The translations under genes were made by a program, and so were the position numbers. From Paecilomyces variotii (lineage: Eukaryota): DNA of 64,000 nt. Positions 13,034 to 26,406 of the stretch are shown here, piece by piece. Numbering within the stretch: position 1 is the stretch's first letter; each line of letters begins with the position of its first letter. The notes beneath the pieces are model-generated. The model ran no database searches, was not told where the DNA came from, and saw only the letters and a list, made by a program, of their open reading frames with translations. The DNA lies in NCBI GenBank assembly GCA_004022145.1, contig RCNU01000007.1, one strand, 5' to 3'.

Positions 13034-13336
13034 GCGGGGCGTGGAAAGAGAGATCCAGGTCGCGTGCACCGAGGGTCTGGGGTGGAGGGGGGCCGCATCC
13101 CAGGTGGGCATCTCGGTGATCGCGTCGAGATTAGTTTGCGGGCCGTACTGGAGACGGACACTGGGGGCGGTCACAATGGTCACGGCCGTTACCAGCGGTC
13201 CTGGCGATAACTTACCAGCGTCGAGCCAGCGACGGCGCACACGCAAGCGGTGATTGGCGGAGCAGCGCAGGCAGCGTCTGACCTGGGGGATATTCCAGGC
13301 TCCTGAGTGGCTGTCGGCAGCAGGTACGCCGTGGAG
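13034..13336 (+). promoter_or_regulatory. Cluster of SYGGRG (CreA/Mig1-type GC box) motifs upstream of the amdX-like gene
   Basis: Seven + strand matches at 13034, 13077, 13082, 13148, 13161, 13283 and 13331. Confidence 0.5.
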
Positions 13337-14426
13337 CCGATGGATCGAGGCTGTGGCGCTCCCCATTGGCTGTGGCCGCGGTCCATGCTCGGGTTAGCGC
13401 CCCCCTCGAGTAACTCTACTGACGTTGGTTCGTGCTGGCCGCCGCCGCCGTCCTCGTTCCTCTGCTTCTGCCAGAAGAGTAGTAGAACTACTACTACTAC
13501 TAGGCGTAGGTACGAAGGCGAGATCTCGCCGCCAGGCACTTTCTATCTATCTGCTCCATCTTCCATCCTGAAACCCCCCCCCTTCATTCTCCGTAAAGCG
13601 AGACACATCGTCCCTTTCTGCAATTTCTCGTCGCAATTGAGGTCGTCGCTCCGCTTACTGCCCTTATCGCCTCGTTCGCCAGTTCCCCGCCTACCCACCA
13701 GTGAAACCCACTAGTTAGACGAATGCTCGCGGCACGAAGCATCAGCCCTTGCGGAAGAAGTCGAACTGTTGACCGGGACTGGGCCCTCCGGGACTCGACG
13801 GTAGAGAGGTGAATACAGTCGTTGATCTGAAGAACAATAACAATACCTCATCCGTGGTCTCCATTTTCATTGACCGTCCAATTCCCACCGACGGGTCGAC
13901 CAACGTGGGATCCGATCTTTGTCCAACCCAGCCTTGCGCTTCCCATCCTCGCGCCACAACGTAGGTTGACGAAGACAGAAGAAGAAGAAACAGCAGCGGC
14001 ACAGACGGTCCCGTGGGAAAATCCATACATCTCACCAGGTGACCTGCGGATTCACCGGTGTCGAGAAACTCGGTAGGTTGTCGCCTTGTGTCGGTTGTGG
14101 TCTGTCAGCCCGGCCCTTCGCTATCCGCCGACCTTGGATCAGTTCGATAGCCCCCGTCTGGCTGCCTCCAGGCATCATAACATCCCAAATGCTGACTTGA
14201 TGTCATCAGTGTCCTTGACCTCGAATCTGCTGGTAGCTGCTGATCGATCCAACCCCGAAGAGAGCTCTCTCTCTCTCGGTGACGCTCACGTTGCAGCACA
14301 ACTGCGTGGACGATCCAGAGGCGCTCCATAGTTGCCTCCCCCCCGAAATATAACTCACTTCCTCGTGAGTTCTTCTCGAGAGAAGCTCTGTGTTCAGTCA
14401 CGGAGCTACGTCAAGAGATAGGAAAG

Positions 14427-17400
14427 ATGTTCTCGGATACCATGGTGGCCCAGGACGGCAATCATAGCCCCAAGACGGAGGATCTCGCCTCCATCAGCGA
14501 GGTCCCTGTAAATGCAACGGGTATGTTTAGATGCTGTCCTCTGTGATGTCCTCAGGAGCCCACGACTAATTGATAATGCGGTCACAGCTATGATTGGACT
14601 GGACGAGAACAACAAGCAGTCCCCGTCGAGTACCCAGAACGGGTCGACGAACGGACCTGCCCCAAAATCAGACAAGCCTCGACCTCATGTCTGCAACACT
14701 TGTGGCCGCTCCTTTGCGCGGTTGGAGCATCTGAAACGTCATGAGCGCTCTCATACCAAGGAGAAGCCCTTCGAGTGCCCGGATTGTGCTCGTTGTTTTG
14801 CACGTCGTGATCTGCTGCTCCGGCATCAGCAGAAGCTGCACATGACAACAACACCTTCGTCTCGTCCGAGAAATGGCAGGAGAGAGAGCATCGGTGCCGC
14901 TTCGACCGCCACCAACCGCGTCCGCAAGAACTCCACGGCCAGTACGACGACAAGTGCCGCCATGAGGCCGAGAGCCAACACCATCAGTCATATCGATGGC
15001 TCGTCTTTGGGGGTGGTCAACAACAACGTGAACCCTCCAGCTCCCGGGCTGGGACATTCCGGCCACACTTATCATCCCAGTCTTAGTTCAGTGTCTGGAG
15101 GCCCCAACTTCGACGGCAGAGGATTCAGCTCGGGACATCCTCCAGTCAATGGTCTGAAGGTGGAGACGTCGGGAATCCCTATGGATATGTCTGGTGGACT
15201 TCGCACTGCGCCCGTGTACGGGAGCTTTGCCTCGGACTTTGGCTTGGGTGAGATGCTGCTAGGCCAAGGGAGCACGATTAACCCTGCCCAGCTACATTTT
15301 GCAGGCTCTCCCCAGGCCTTTGGCAACGACTCGGAATCCTCGCCTTTCAACCATGCAATGCAGGGATTCCACTCTGTTACGGACCCTGCGCTGGACGACG
15401 ACGGCAACTTCGACTGGATCAATGGATTTGACACTACGGTGCCGCTGGGAAACACCGATTCGGTCATTGACGAGTCATCGCCATCGGCCATGAGCACTGG
15501 CAGCCAGAGCGGAATCAGTGAGCCGTTGCTGGACGGATCGACTCAAATGTCCATGTCCTCAGCCGGCTGGCACAATGCCTTCCCTCCGCACACGGCAGCA
15601 CCTTCAGCGCCCTTCGCGATGGACTTCTCCTCTTCGTTTCCTGACCTCGGTATCCCGCCAGAGACCATTTCGCCAAAGTCGCTCATGGCGCAGAATCAAT
15701 TCACGGATCCTTCTTTTGCATCGCCTCCGCCTATGGCGCCTATGGGCCCCTCAGTGTTGGGAGGGCACTCGCAGAGTATGTTTTCATCCTCAATGGTAAC
15801 CAACGGAGAATCTCCTAATCCTCTCAACGTACCTTTCGCAAATAGTCCCCTTCGAAAACCCGTATCTGCCAGTCCAACAGATCCTTTCGCCGACACGGCC
15901 CGACAGGCTGTATTAGCCAATATGACCTTACCGAACGGGTCAGCACAACGCCGGTATTCTCAATCGACAAATGGAAGCCCATACACCCGCGATTTCACAC
16001 CACGCCCGACTAGCTACAACAACAATAACACCAGCAATAGCTCATATCTGCTCCCCAGCACCTTCGACCTGCAGCGATACGTTTCCGCATACATAAATTA
16101 TTTCCACCCTCATCTTCCATTCCTCCACATTCCGACTCTCGACTTCCAGAGCCCTGACTGTGCAAACAACTTGCGGACGCCCAGTGGACATTTAGACCTG
16201 AACCAGAACTTGAATTCGCCTGGAAGCGGCGCTGGGTGTTTGATCCTTTCGATGGCGGCTATCGGCGCGCTTTATGAATTCGACACGGCTGTCTCGAAAG
16301 ATCTCAACGAATGTTCGAAGAAGTTGATCCAGATCTATCTCGAAGGAAGGAGAAAGGCGGACATGTCAGCAGCCTTCAGCCGTGTCAACACCGCCAAGTC
16401 AGAACGCGACAATTCTGTTCTCAATACGCCCTTGTGGTTGGTGCAAGCGATGTTGCTGAATGTCATCTACGGGCATACCTGCGGAAACAAGATCTCCGCA
16501 GATATCGCCAGCACCCACTGCGCCGCATTAGTTAGCCTTGCCCGAGCGGCAGAACTAACCCGTCATATCGAGCCAGAAAATCTCCCTCAAGACTATCTGG
16601 GCAGCGGTACCGTTAACAGTGAAGCTGAACTGCAGACTTCCGGCCCACTCAAGGAGAGAAAGGACTGGCTCGACTGGAAGATAGTGGAAGAGCGCAAACG
16701 AACCCTCTATGCCATCTTCACCCTGTCTAGTTTGCTGGTCTCCACCTACAATCATGCGCCTGCCCTAACGAATTCCGAGATCCGACTCGACCTGCCATGT
16801 GAGGAAGACTTGTGGGCTGCGGAATCGCCTCAGGCTTGGAAGAAGATGGGAGGGAAGTCTGCAAAGAAGTCATGTTCCTTCTCATCTGCGCTCGCTACCC
16901 TTCTTACTGCCAGCCAACGGCAGCAGCAACCGTCCAACCCGGCCTTTGGTGGCAACCATCAGTCAGGGGATCTAGGAGAGACCGATCTGAAGCCAAGCAC
17001 TTTCGGTTGCATGATACTGATCCAGGCCCTGCACAACTATATCTGGGAGACGCGCCAGAGACACATGGGACGCCAATGGACTGCGCAGGAGACCGAAGCC
17101 ATGCAGGCACATATCGAGCCTGCTCTCAGGGCATGGCAGACTGCCTGGGCAAGCAACCCTCTTCACAGTCTGGAGCGGCCGAACCCGTTTGGGGCAGGCC
17201 CTCTGTCCGCTGACAGTATTCCTCTTCTGGATCTTGCCTACGTTCGGTTATTTGTCAACTTGGGCAGAACCAAGGAAGCGTTCTGGCAAAGAGATTGGAA
17301 TGCCATGGCAGACGAGCTTGCGCGCGGCGTAGACATCATTCCGCAAGGCGATGAGAATGGCGCTGACGGTCAGAGAGATGAACTTGATTCTATGCGGTTT

Positions 17401-18057
17401 CACAGGGACTCGATTGCCGATCTGGGGGTGGAAGATCTCAACCTCTCCAAGACCCCGACGCAAGATCAACCTATGCACGGCTATTCAGCGGGCCACCAAC
17501 GGTCAGGTGACTCGAGACGCGAGAAGCATTTGCGGAAGGCTGCTTTCTATGCAGCAGACTCCATTTGCATGTCGGACAGACTGGGAAATACGTTTGCTGA
17601 GTTCACTTCGAGAGAAATTCCCCTTCAGTGCGCAATGTGTTTGTTCGACTGTGCCCAGATCCTGGCTGAATGGATCACCACCGTGCAAGAACGTGTGGGA
17701 CCATATTTGGGAGTTCTTGGAAGGGATGAAGTGGACTTGACCCAGGTTCCTGGTATAATGCTTCTGGAGGACGAAGACTGCAAGCTCATCGAAAAGATCA
17801 AAGAGATACTTTCTAGTATGGAAGGGAAAATGCAGCGCGAAGCCCAGACTCCTGGCTCTGTGCACGCTATGAGTGCTTTGCAGCGTATGCCGAGCGCTGT
17901 CGAGGGAGGATACGGCAGTAAGATCCTGATGGTTGCAGCCTATCTGTTCGATCGGGCTGCAGTTTGGCCAGTCCTCAAGCTTGTCGCTCGATCTCTTGAG
18001 ACACAAGCCGTGATGATGAAAGAGCGTGCTCAGAGTTCCGTCGCAATTGGTCACTAG
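14427..18057 (+). CDS. amdX: C2H2 zinc-finger transcription factor with fungal-specific TF domain (AmdX/Adr1-like)
   Basis: Fingers [50 protein letters not shown]. Middle domain motifs [10 protein letters not shown] and EERKRT..LPC. Likely exon 1 14427-14520 (MFSDTMVAQ...), intron 14521-14587 (GTATGT..CAG), exon 2 14588-18057. Confidence 0.85.
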
Positions 18058-18914
18058 CTTTGTCGATACTTCTCGTCTTATTTGCGCCGTTCTCCTCCAC
18101 TTTATTTCATCCTTGGTTTTGAGACACCGCCTGGATGTCACCAGCGATACCCCGACAGATACCCATAGACGAAACGATCGGAATATTTTTTTCTGCTGTT
18201 ATCAAGAAAAGAAAATCTGAATAAAACTTCAGTCGGAATGCGAGGATACGGTTCACCATTCCGTGTACGAGCGTCTGCTTTCGATTGGGAACTTTCCCTT
18301 CACTCTTCCCACGGGTGGGTATGGATTTTGTATATGCGAATATTGTTTTCTGCACATGCGGTTACGACGTCACGGCCCGAAATTGAGTTTTATCTTCGCG
18401 ATGTGTGGAGCAAAAGGCAAGATAAATGCAGGGTCGAAGACAACCACAAACACGGCCTCTCTTGCCATTCCCCTAGTCGACCTTGATCCCTTCAACAGGC
18501 CATCGACTCTCACAGTCGCCCTTTGTCTTCCTGCCATTTACCTATGCGCTGTTCGATTCCGCTGAATCGGCGCAGATTTCCAAAAATTTCCACTCTTCCT
18601 GATCATATAAGGTGTTATTCTCCTTTCACTTTTTCTTCAACGAGACAGATCTGATAAATCGAACTCTGTCCTTGTTTTACTTTTCCACCAGAGAAAGAAA
18701 GGGCTTCGAGAAGTTGCTCCAACTCGGCGCTTAGAATACCACTAAGCGTTTTTGCCTCATTGGCTTGTTTTGGCTCTCTGGATTTGTTTCCATTTATTTC
18801 CTTTTTTATCTTATTTTTCTTTTGACAATGATGCGTCATGATACATGTACTTGCAATTGCATGTCTTGTTTTTTTGTATCTAGGGAAATGGAATGGAACG
18901 GACTGTGGAATCTA

Positions 18915-18938
18915 GTGTATTGTGTATTGTGTATTGTG
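18915..18938 (+). repeat. (GTGTATT)n tandem repeat
   Basis: gtgtattgtgtattgtgtattgtg. Confidence 0.7.
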
Positions 18939-19438
18939 CACTGTATATAGTAGACATCCTGCCTAGGCGTAGCATCTAACTATGTTGTTTTGACGGGTGT
19001 GATTGATTGAATAACTTCGCTGAGTAGTTCCTAACGAAGGTTCTGGTAGTTCTAGATTGGAGAAAGTTGGTCTCTGCGTCATAATTAAAGCATGCTAGCA
19101 AGCATTCAGAAAATGTAAATATCGTGGCTGGTTTATTTTTCTTTTTTTGTTTACAATATACATATGTATAGTACACAATATAGTTACTAGTTTATAACAA
19201 TTACTTTTTTTTTCGTGACAAAAAGCTCCCTATATAACACCGATGGGACTTGTTGGTTCTCGTACCCCGTTCCCTTTTCGGAAAGAAAAAATAAATAAAT
19301 CCAACATGGAATGAGACGAAGGTGAACTCCCTTTTGTTCAGAATGGACATGAATGTAGAAGTAGAAGTATGTATGTATGTAATAAGTAGCATTGTTCTGC
19401 TTTCTTCTTTGCCTCTTTCGACCTAGATTTATTTTAAC

Positions 19439-22236
19439 TTACACAAGCAATCTCTCAAAAGCATACTTGCCCATAGCTTTGCGGCGCAAGTAGCCGATCT
19501 CACGACTACTCCGCGTCTTGACCTCGCCAGTGGATTTCTTGACTTTCTTACGACTGACGTCGCCGTGTCGGGTGGCTTTGAGGGATAAGGGAAGCATCTT
19601 GCCGCCAGCTTCGGGGTCGAGGAGGTCATCTTCGTCGGGAGGAGCGTAGGTGATGAGCTCGGCGCCGTTGAGGCGTTCGTGCTTCTCGCGCGGTGCGGGA
19701 GTTGGGGGGATTTCTTCGCCGGCGAGGTTGGTGGGGACGCTGGGGGTGACGACCGTGGAGGCGTAGCGGAGGAATTCGCGCAGGATGCCTTTCAGGTAGC
19801 TGGCTTCTTCGACGCCGGCGAGGGCGAAGGAGATTTCGGTCTTCATGTCGCCGATGAGGTCGAGTTCGTTGGCGAAGCCGGCGGCGGAGACCCAGCCGGA
19901 TGGCCCGATGGCGTCCACGCAAGCGGATAGGAGGTCGATGATGGAGTCGAGGGTGAGGGAGGGAGAGACTTGGTGCGTGGCGAGCGGGATGGGAGGAGAC
20001 TCGGTGAAGCGTGTGGTGTAACCGCCTGTCGCGAGGGAGATGCGAAGATGCTGGATCACGGAGAGGGTCTCCGTGTTGGAGAGAGTGGAACGGATAGATT
20101 TGATGACGTCGGGGATAGCGTGGAGATGGAGTTTGATGAGGGTGAGATTCAGACCCGTGAAGGCGTCCGTCAGAGCAGATTCGGGGCTGCGGGTGACTTG
20201 TTGAGAGGTAGAAGCACCTTCAACGCCTTCCATCTCATCGGCTTCGTCCCGTGGTCCGTTCGTGATAGCTCGGGCTGGCTCATCAAGAGCGGCGAAGCGG
20301 GTGCGTACGACTTCGATGAACATCTTCAGCGCGGCTGCCAACTCGTCGGTGCTCAGCTTCACCGGTCCTTGGAGGACTGATAGGAGAAGCTTGAGAGAGG
20401 GATCAAAGTCCACCAGAGAACGAACGAATGAACCGCTCGGGAATGGTGGAAGGATACGCGGCTTTGCGCACCGGCGGACGGCGATCTCGACGTTGTTCAT
20501 CGATAGACGGCCCGAGTCGATTAGCCATTTGCATGTTTCGCTGGGCCAGAATGAAACTGCGAGTTTGGTGGTATCTTCACTCTCGCCAGAACGAGCGAAG
20601 AATAGTTTTGACAAGACAAGCAATATCTTTTCCGGGTTGATGAAGCGATCCACCGGAGCGGTAAGATCAAAATATGACTTGACAGCCTTATCGAAGGCCT
20701 TTGTGTCCTTGTTCTGCGATGCGAGATCCAAGCTCTTTCTTAGTTTGTTCCACTTGTCGACCTCTTCTTGTCCATCCAGACCCAACAGCTCGAGATGCTC
20801 TTCTTGGTGTGCCCCCGTAGTATCCCACACCGTAGCAGAGGATTTGAGACCGCGGCCAATGGCATCAATCAGCAGTCCATCTCTCTGGCGTTTGAGAGAC
20901 TGTGCTGGAGCAGTGTGGGCCGAGCTCAGGTCGAAAGCAAGCAGATTATTTCCCTTGGTAGCAACCGCGATTCCCAGTTTCGCAAAGTAGCTCACGAAGG
21001 CCACCGGGGACTTGTTAATGTCGATTTTCGATGAGCCCTCAGACAAGACATCACCAATCGCAATGCTTCGCTGTATGGACTGGTACTGCGTATCGTACAG
21101 GGCGACCATCGACTGGCTGGCGCCAATCACACTATGCGGAGATATGCGAGTGACGGACGAGAATCTCTCATCTTCCAGAATGAACTGGGATGTCACAGTG
21201 GGCGTGTACTGGGACAGATCAACGCTCAGGAAGCCCCTCTGGAATGAGAGGTTGAGACCCGCAGAGCCAGAGTGGAAGTTCCACTGCAAATTCTCCACGG
21301 CAAGTCCTTCGAGACCTTCGACCGCAGGGAGACTGGCGGTCGTGAGGTGTCGCAACTTCTGGCTTTCGTCCAGACTTAGGGCATCCGAACGGATACGGGC
21401 TGGCACTGAGAATATCTGGATTTTTACATCTTCCAGCGACAGCGTGTTGGTCCCAGCGGGGTATGAAACCAGGAGCAGCACGGAGGGTTCTTCAACCCCG
21501 TTACCCACTATATCACCGGACGCTAAAGCGGCCAGATCAGGGCGTCTCTTCAGAAGAGATTTCTTTGCATCCCCAAATTCGATCAGGAAGCCTGCACACA
21601 CTTCACGAGCCGCGGAAGACTTGGCAATCTCGCTATGCTTGATGCTCCAGCGTTCCGTCTTGAGATCCGGCGAAAGTCTCCGCACACGTCCATCTTTGTG
21701 TACGGCCAGAACATCGAACGAGTCTTCCTCTTCACTTCCTTCGTCTGAAGCTGCTGGAAAAATGCCCAGGAATACTGTGGGGCTCTTCGAATCTTTCAGA
21801 GTGAACGAGGACGAAGAGATGTTAGGCGCGCTCGTCGCTGTGGCTCCCGACTCCTCGAAGAAAGCCTTGATCTGCTTCTCCGGACGTTCTACTGCACAGT
21901 AAGTCTGTCTGATGACTGTGGACTTGTGCGTGAGCTTCCTGCGCACGGAGCATGGGCGACAAGAAAACGACGACTGCGGCGGGACTGCGTAGGAAGTAAC
22001 GAGCTTGGGTGTTTGGACCTGTAGACTCTGTTCAGCACTAGTCGCATTACAGATACGAATACCATACGCACATTATAGATGTTCAGCGCTTCGCCATCCA
22101 CAGCCACGGCCACCTCATATCTCTTTCTTTTCCTCGCGTCGGACAAGCTATAGACCTCACCGATCTGGGTTTTGCCTGTCGAACCCTGCAGCGGACGAGG
22201 CAATTGCGCCAGCACAGAGGGGGCCTGCAACTCCAT
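19439..22236 (-). CDS. UTP8: U3 snoRNA-associated protein Utp8-like (SSU processome t-UTP)
   Basis: Exons 22236-22072 and 22018-19439 (intron GTGCGT..CAG). N-terminal LAQLPRP...KRKRYEVAVAVDGEALNIYNVQTPKLVTSY resembles the Utp8 propeller start. C-terminus GKYAFERLLV. Confidence 0.75.
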
Positions 22237-22490
22237 GGTGAATGCGGATGACCGTGGAACACAATAAGGTCAACTCCGATCTTCCCAAGTTGATGTGCTG
22301 GAGTGCAGACTGTACTGCAAGATGTCGACTGCCGTCGATAAAAAGCCCGCTGTATGCCTCTGAACAATGTTCTATCTCGAAAAAATTCGCGGGTATACAT
22401 TACGCCGATATCCGGCGCCAAACTAGATCGGGAGTGACAATACGCTAGTGCGGTTACAGCCGTGACGTAACTTACACGCCCGGAGGCTGC

Positions 22491-22520
22491 AAACCGCGGG
22501 TGGACGCGCTCACTTCGCGT
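22491..22520. promoter_or_regulatory. MCB-like ACGCG cores in the UTP8/ELG1 divergent promoter
   Basis: ACGCG at 22504-22508 and TCGCGT at 22515-22520, about 190 nt upstream of the ELG1 ATG. Consistent with a replication gene. Confidence 0.45.
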
Positions 22521-22705
22521 CTCCCCGAGACATGTTCATTGATTTCCTGTTCATGGACGAAGCACCTGCCACTTGCTGTTGTATAACAATTTGCAGTTAT
22601 ATGCGTGAGGCATTTGCCTATATACTTGTCTTCTGATTCAGATGATCGCCTCCAAACTCTCATTTACACGTCAACGGTAACGGGGACTGAGCATGCGCTC
22701 ACTCC

Positions 22706-25700
22706 ATGGCTTCTATAGCTGCAACTAGTAGGGTCATGGGTGAAGGAGAGCAGCGCACTATACACCCCTTTTTCACAAAGAGTTAGAGATCTCTAGGACT
22801 GCTGGCCGTCTTGTATACTGATTCGTGACAGATTATAATGCTGGCAGTCATCAATCCCAAAGCACAAACAGTTCAACATCGGGAGAAGAACCGCACATTG
22901 TTGGAAACGCTACGACGAGCGGCAGCCCCGGCCAAACAACGCAGAATGGACCGGATACTTCAGGGCATCATGTCTATGGAGAAGGAAGTGCCAACCATGA
23001 AAGCTCCAATGAGATACGCAAGGAACAATCCTCACTTCAGCAAATGCTACCCGTTGTACGCCCGATAGCCCCGCAAGGCACCACACTTGACGAAGATCCA
23101 AACTCGAGTCGAAGGAAGCGGAGGAAGACGGAGCCTTTGGAAGACTCGGTCTCCGTGCAGCCAGGGCTGGAACAATCCGGTCAGCTGGGGTTCGACAGCA
23201 CGGACTCCAGAATCATCGCTGGGGCTGTCCACCATTCTGATCAAGGCCTGGGTCTGACCAATACCATCTCAGACTTGGAGAATAATGCTGGAACGTCTGC
23301 ATCACATAAGTCTGTATCGGGAGTTCCCAACGTATCGGGTTCCACGAAGGATGAACCATCGACAACAACTACCAGCTTGCCGACTACCCCTCCCAAGAAG
23401 ACCTTGAAGCTCAATGCCAATGGAAAGTTACTCAGCTCTCCTGCAGAAAATACGGAGGTGAAAGGCCAGAAAAAAGGAGCTGGGAAACGCAAATCAATGT
23501 CTAAGAACAAAAAGAAGGGTCAGGAATCGAAGGTTGTGGTGATGAAATATGGTGCGGCCAAGAGTTCAAAGGAGGTGGTAGGCAATCTGATCAATACGAT
23601 CTTGGCTGGTGACCACAGGCACGTAACTTCTCACCACGTCAATGCCCCTACGAGCAAGGAGAAGCCTCAAAAGCCTACACACCCCTTCTTCCTCAGCAGA
23701 TCGGTTCGCAAAACAGAACAATCGCCTGGGCCTACGTCCACGCAGCAGTCTTCGCGAACCGGTTCTCCTAGTGTCTCAGCGGATCGCCAACCAGAGAGAC
23801 CCCAGAAACTGTTCCCTCTATCCTCAAAGTCACCTTTCATAAAGGTCCCAGATCCTGTTGAGTCTCTATGGCCTCCTCAGCATTTCGCGCATGTTAGAGG
23901 TCTCGAAGGGGATATAAGTGAGCTGTTCAGCGACCGTTTAGACCCACAGTCAGACCGGAGGAAGGCAAAAACATCTGTTGTAAGCATCGATGATTCGGAT
24001 AATGTCCTCCTGCGTAGGCTACGCAAGGCTCATAGATCGCCAACTGCCGTTGATCGAGCTGCTTTGCGGATACCGAAAAGACACATCGCGAGTGGTACGG
24101 TTTTACAGAAAGCGATACAGAGCCAACTATCAGACTCTACTTCATCAACCCCTGGTCAGGTCAGAAACACACCGCCAAAAGCATGCCATCCCGCCATCAG
24201 CAGACTGAAGTCATCGATACGATCTACAATGACTCCCTTCGACAGAGGAGAGTGCGAGACTTTACCATGGACCCAGAAACATGCTCCAGTTTGCGCAGAA
24301 GATGTCCTCCAGGTCGGACCAGAGGCGGTTATGCTGCGGGATTGGCTACGAAGACTCACGATCTCTGCGGTTGACAGGGGGCAGTCAGGTAGGGAGAACC
24401 AGAAGCCGAAGCAGGGGAAGGGAGAATCTGGTGGGAAGCGAGTAAAGCGGCGCAAACGGGCGGAAAAGCTAGACGGGTTCATTGTCTCGAGTAGCGATGA
24501 GGCATCGGAGATGGACGAGGTGACCGACCCTGAAGAGGACGAACTTGCCGGTGGTGTGACAGTCAATTCAAAGAGGACCGTTATTAGAGCTGGAGATGTT
24601 CAGGGCCGTCCAAGAGACAAGACACGGTTGACGAACGCGATATTGCTCAGCGGCCCGTCGGGATGTGGAAAGACGGCTTCTGTGTATGCCGTTGCGAAGG
24701 AACTAGATTTCGAGGTCTTCGAAATCAACGCCTCCAGCCGCAGAAGCGCACGAGACATGGTTGAAAGGGTTGGAGATATGACTCAAAACCACCTAGTTCA
24801 TCGCCTCCATGAAGCAGAGGACGCGACCCAGCATGCCGAATTGGAAAGTGCAAAACAAAACAAAGTGAACAGTTTCTTCAAAGCCACTGCTACAAAAGCC
24901 AAGAAGACCAGTGAACGGGCAAAGGGAGACAAGAAGCGTGCAACAGAGACGCCTCCGAGGACTACTCGCAGCCAGAAGCAGTCGTTGATCCTCTTGGAAG
25001 AAGCCGATCTCCTTTTCGAAGAGGACAAGCAATTCTGGACCGGAGTTATAACTCTCATCAGCCAGTCGAAGCGTCCTATCATCATTACCTGCAACGATGA
25101 AAAGCTCATACCTCTCGAGGATCTTTCCTTACACGCCATTCTGCGATATCGCATGCCTCCTCGGTCCCTTGCGGTAGACTACTTGCTCTTGGTGGCTGCG
25201 AACGAAGGCCACATGCTGAGCCGCGACGCCGTTGCAGACCTGTATTCCGTTTCCAAGCAGGACCTCCGAAGGTCTTTAACAGAGCTTGATTTCTGGTGTC
25301 AGATGGCGGTGGGCAGTGAGAAATCTGGACTTGACTGGATAGTCGATCGATACCCCCCCGGACGTGATGTGGATTCCCGTGGCGATACTGTCCGGGCGAT
25401 CAGTCTGAACACCTATCAGCGTTTCATGGGCTGGTTCAATCGCGATATGATCCTCGAGAAGGACGAGCCTGATACGGAAATCGAATTGATGGCGGAAAGT
25501 CAAGCATGGTGGCAGCTCAGTATACAGGACTCGGAAGAAATGGTCGATCCGTCGTCCTTCCAACTGGAGGACACCGGGATGCAAGATGCGGAGGGCAAGG
25601 CCAGCTTGATCTCCCTCGAATCGTTGCGTCGCATAGATGACGCAATAGAGATGAGGAGCGCCCTTGATATCCTCTGCTACCATAGCTCCTTGCAACCAAA

Positions 25701-26406
25701 TGAGGACCATCTTGACACTTCCTGTCCGCCCATCACGGAAAAACAACGGACTGGTTACATCGAAGGTTACCCGCTATTGCAGGCAGACACCATGCCCGAC
25801 TACACATGGCTTTCGACTAGTATTGGATCGACGCTTGACGTGCTCACGAGGAGGATCTACTACGGAGCGAGTTCCGACAGTGAAGACCTGACCGCGCGCA
25901 AGGTGTTGAAGAAAACCAGCCAAGTTCGGCCACCTTGTAGATCGAGGCCAGAGCTTCTCGCGGCGTTCGAACCCATCATGCGGGCAGATAATATCTTTCC
26001 TGCACCGACTGGACGTCTAGCGCCCTCCTTTGAGAACGGCACGGCCATCATCTACGAGGATCTGGCGCCATATGTTCGCGGAATTGTGGCCTTTGACCTC
26101 CGCCTGGAGCGGTATCGATTGAAGCTCAGCGGTCTTCTGTCCCAAGGAGGCAGTGGCGCGAAGAGGATGAGGAAGACGAGAGCCAGTAGAGCTGCGCTCG
26201 AAGGCGGCGACAAGGCGAATACGCGCAAAGAGCGATGGTTTCCGGCGGACGTGCAGCCCAGCCGGATTCTTGCCACTGGAAATGAAGAGTGGCAGAGCGT
26301 GCTGGTCCAAAGCGGGCATTTCAACGTCGCGCCCATGGCAGCCGTGGGAGAAAGCAGGGAGTCTGTCGACACTGCATCTGAGAGTTCGGGCGATGGTGGT
26401 TTCTAG
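22706..26406 (+). CDS. ELG1: Elg1/ATAD5-like alternative RFC large subunit (PCNA unloader, AAA+ ATPase)
   Basis: Walker A GPSGCGKT, FEVFEINAS, Elg1-type Walker B LILLEEAD, SKRPIIITCN, DLRR. Exon 1 22706-22781, intron 22782-22831, exon 2 22832-26406. Confidence 0.85.

Noticed and set aside
14512-14587. ORF-track N-terminus [10 protein letters not shown] of the C2H2 factor
   Set aside because: It mostly reads through an intron (14521-14587). ATG 14427 gives a better model.
20262-21902. Long antisense ORFs (242 and 296 aa) opposite UTP8, and similar ones opposite RRB1, NHA1, sepK and DBR1
   Set aside because: These are shadow frames arising from codon bias of the real gene, with no recognisable motifs.
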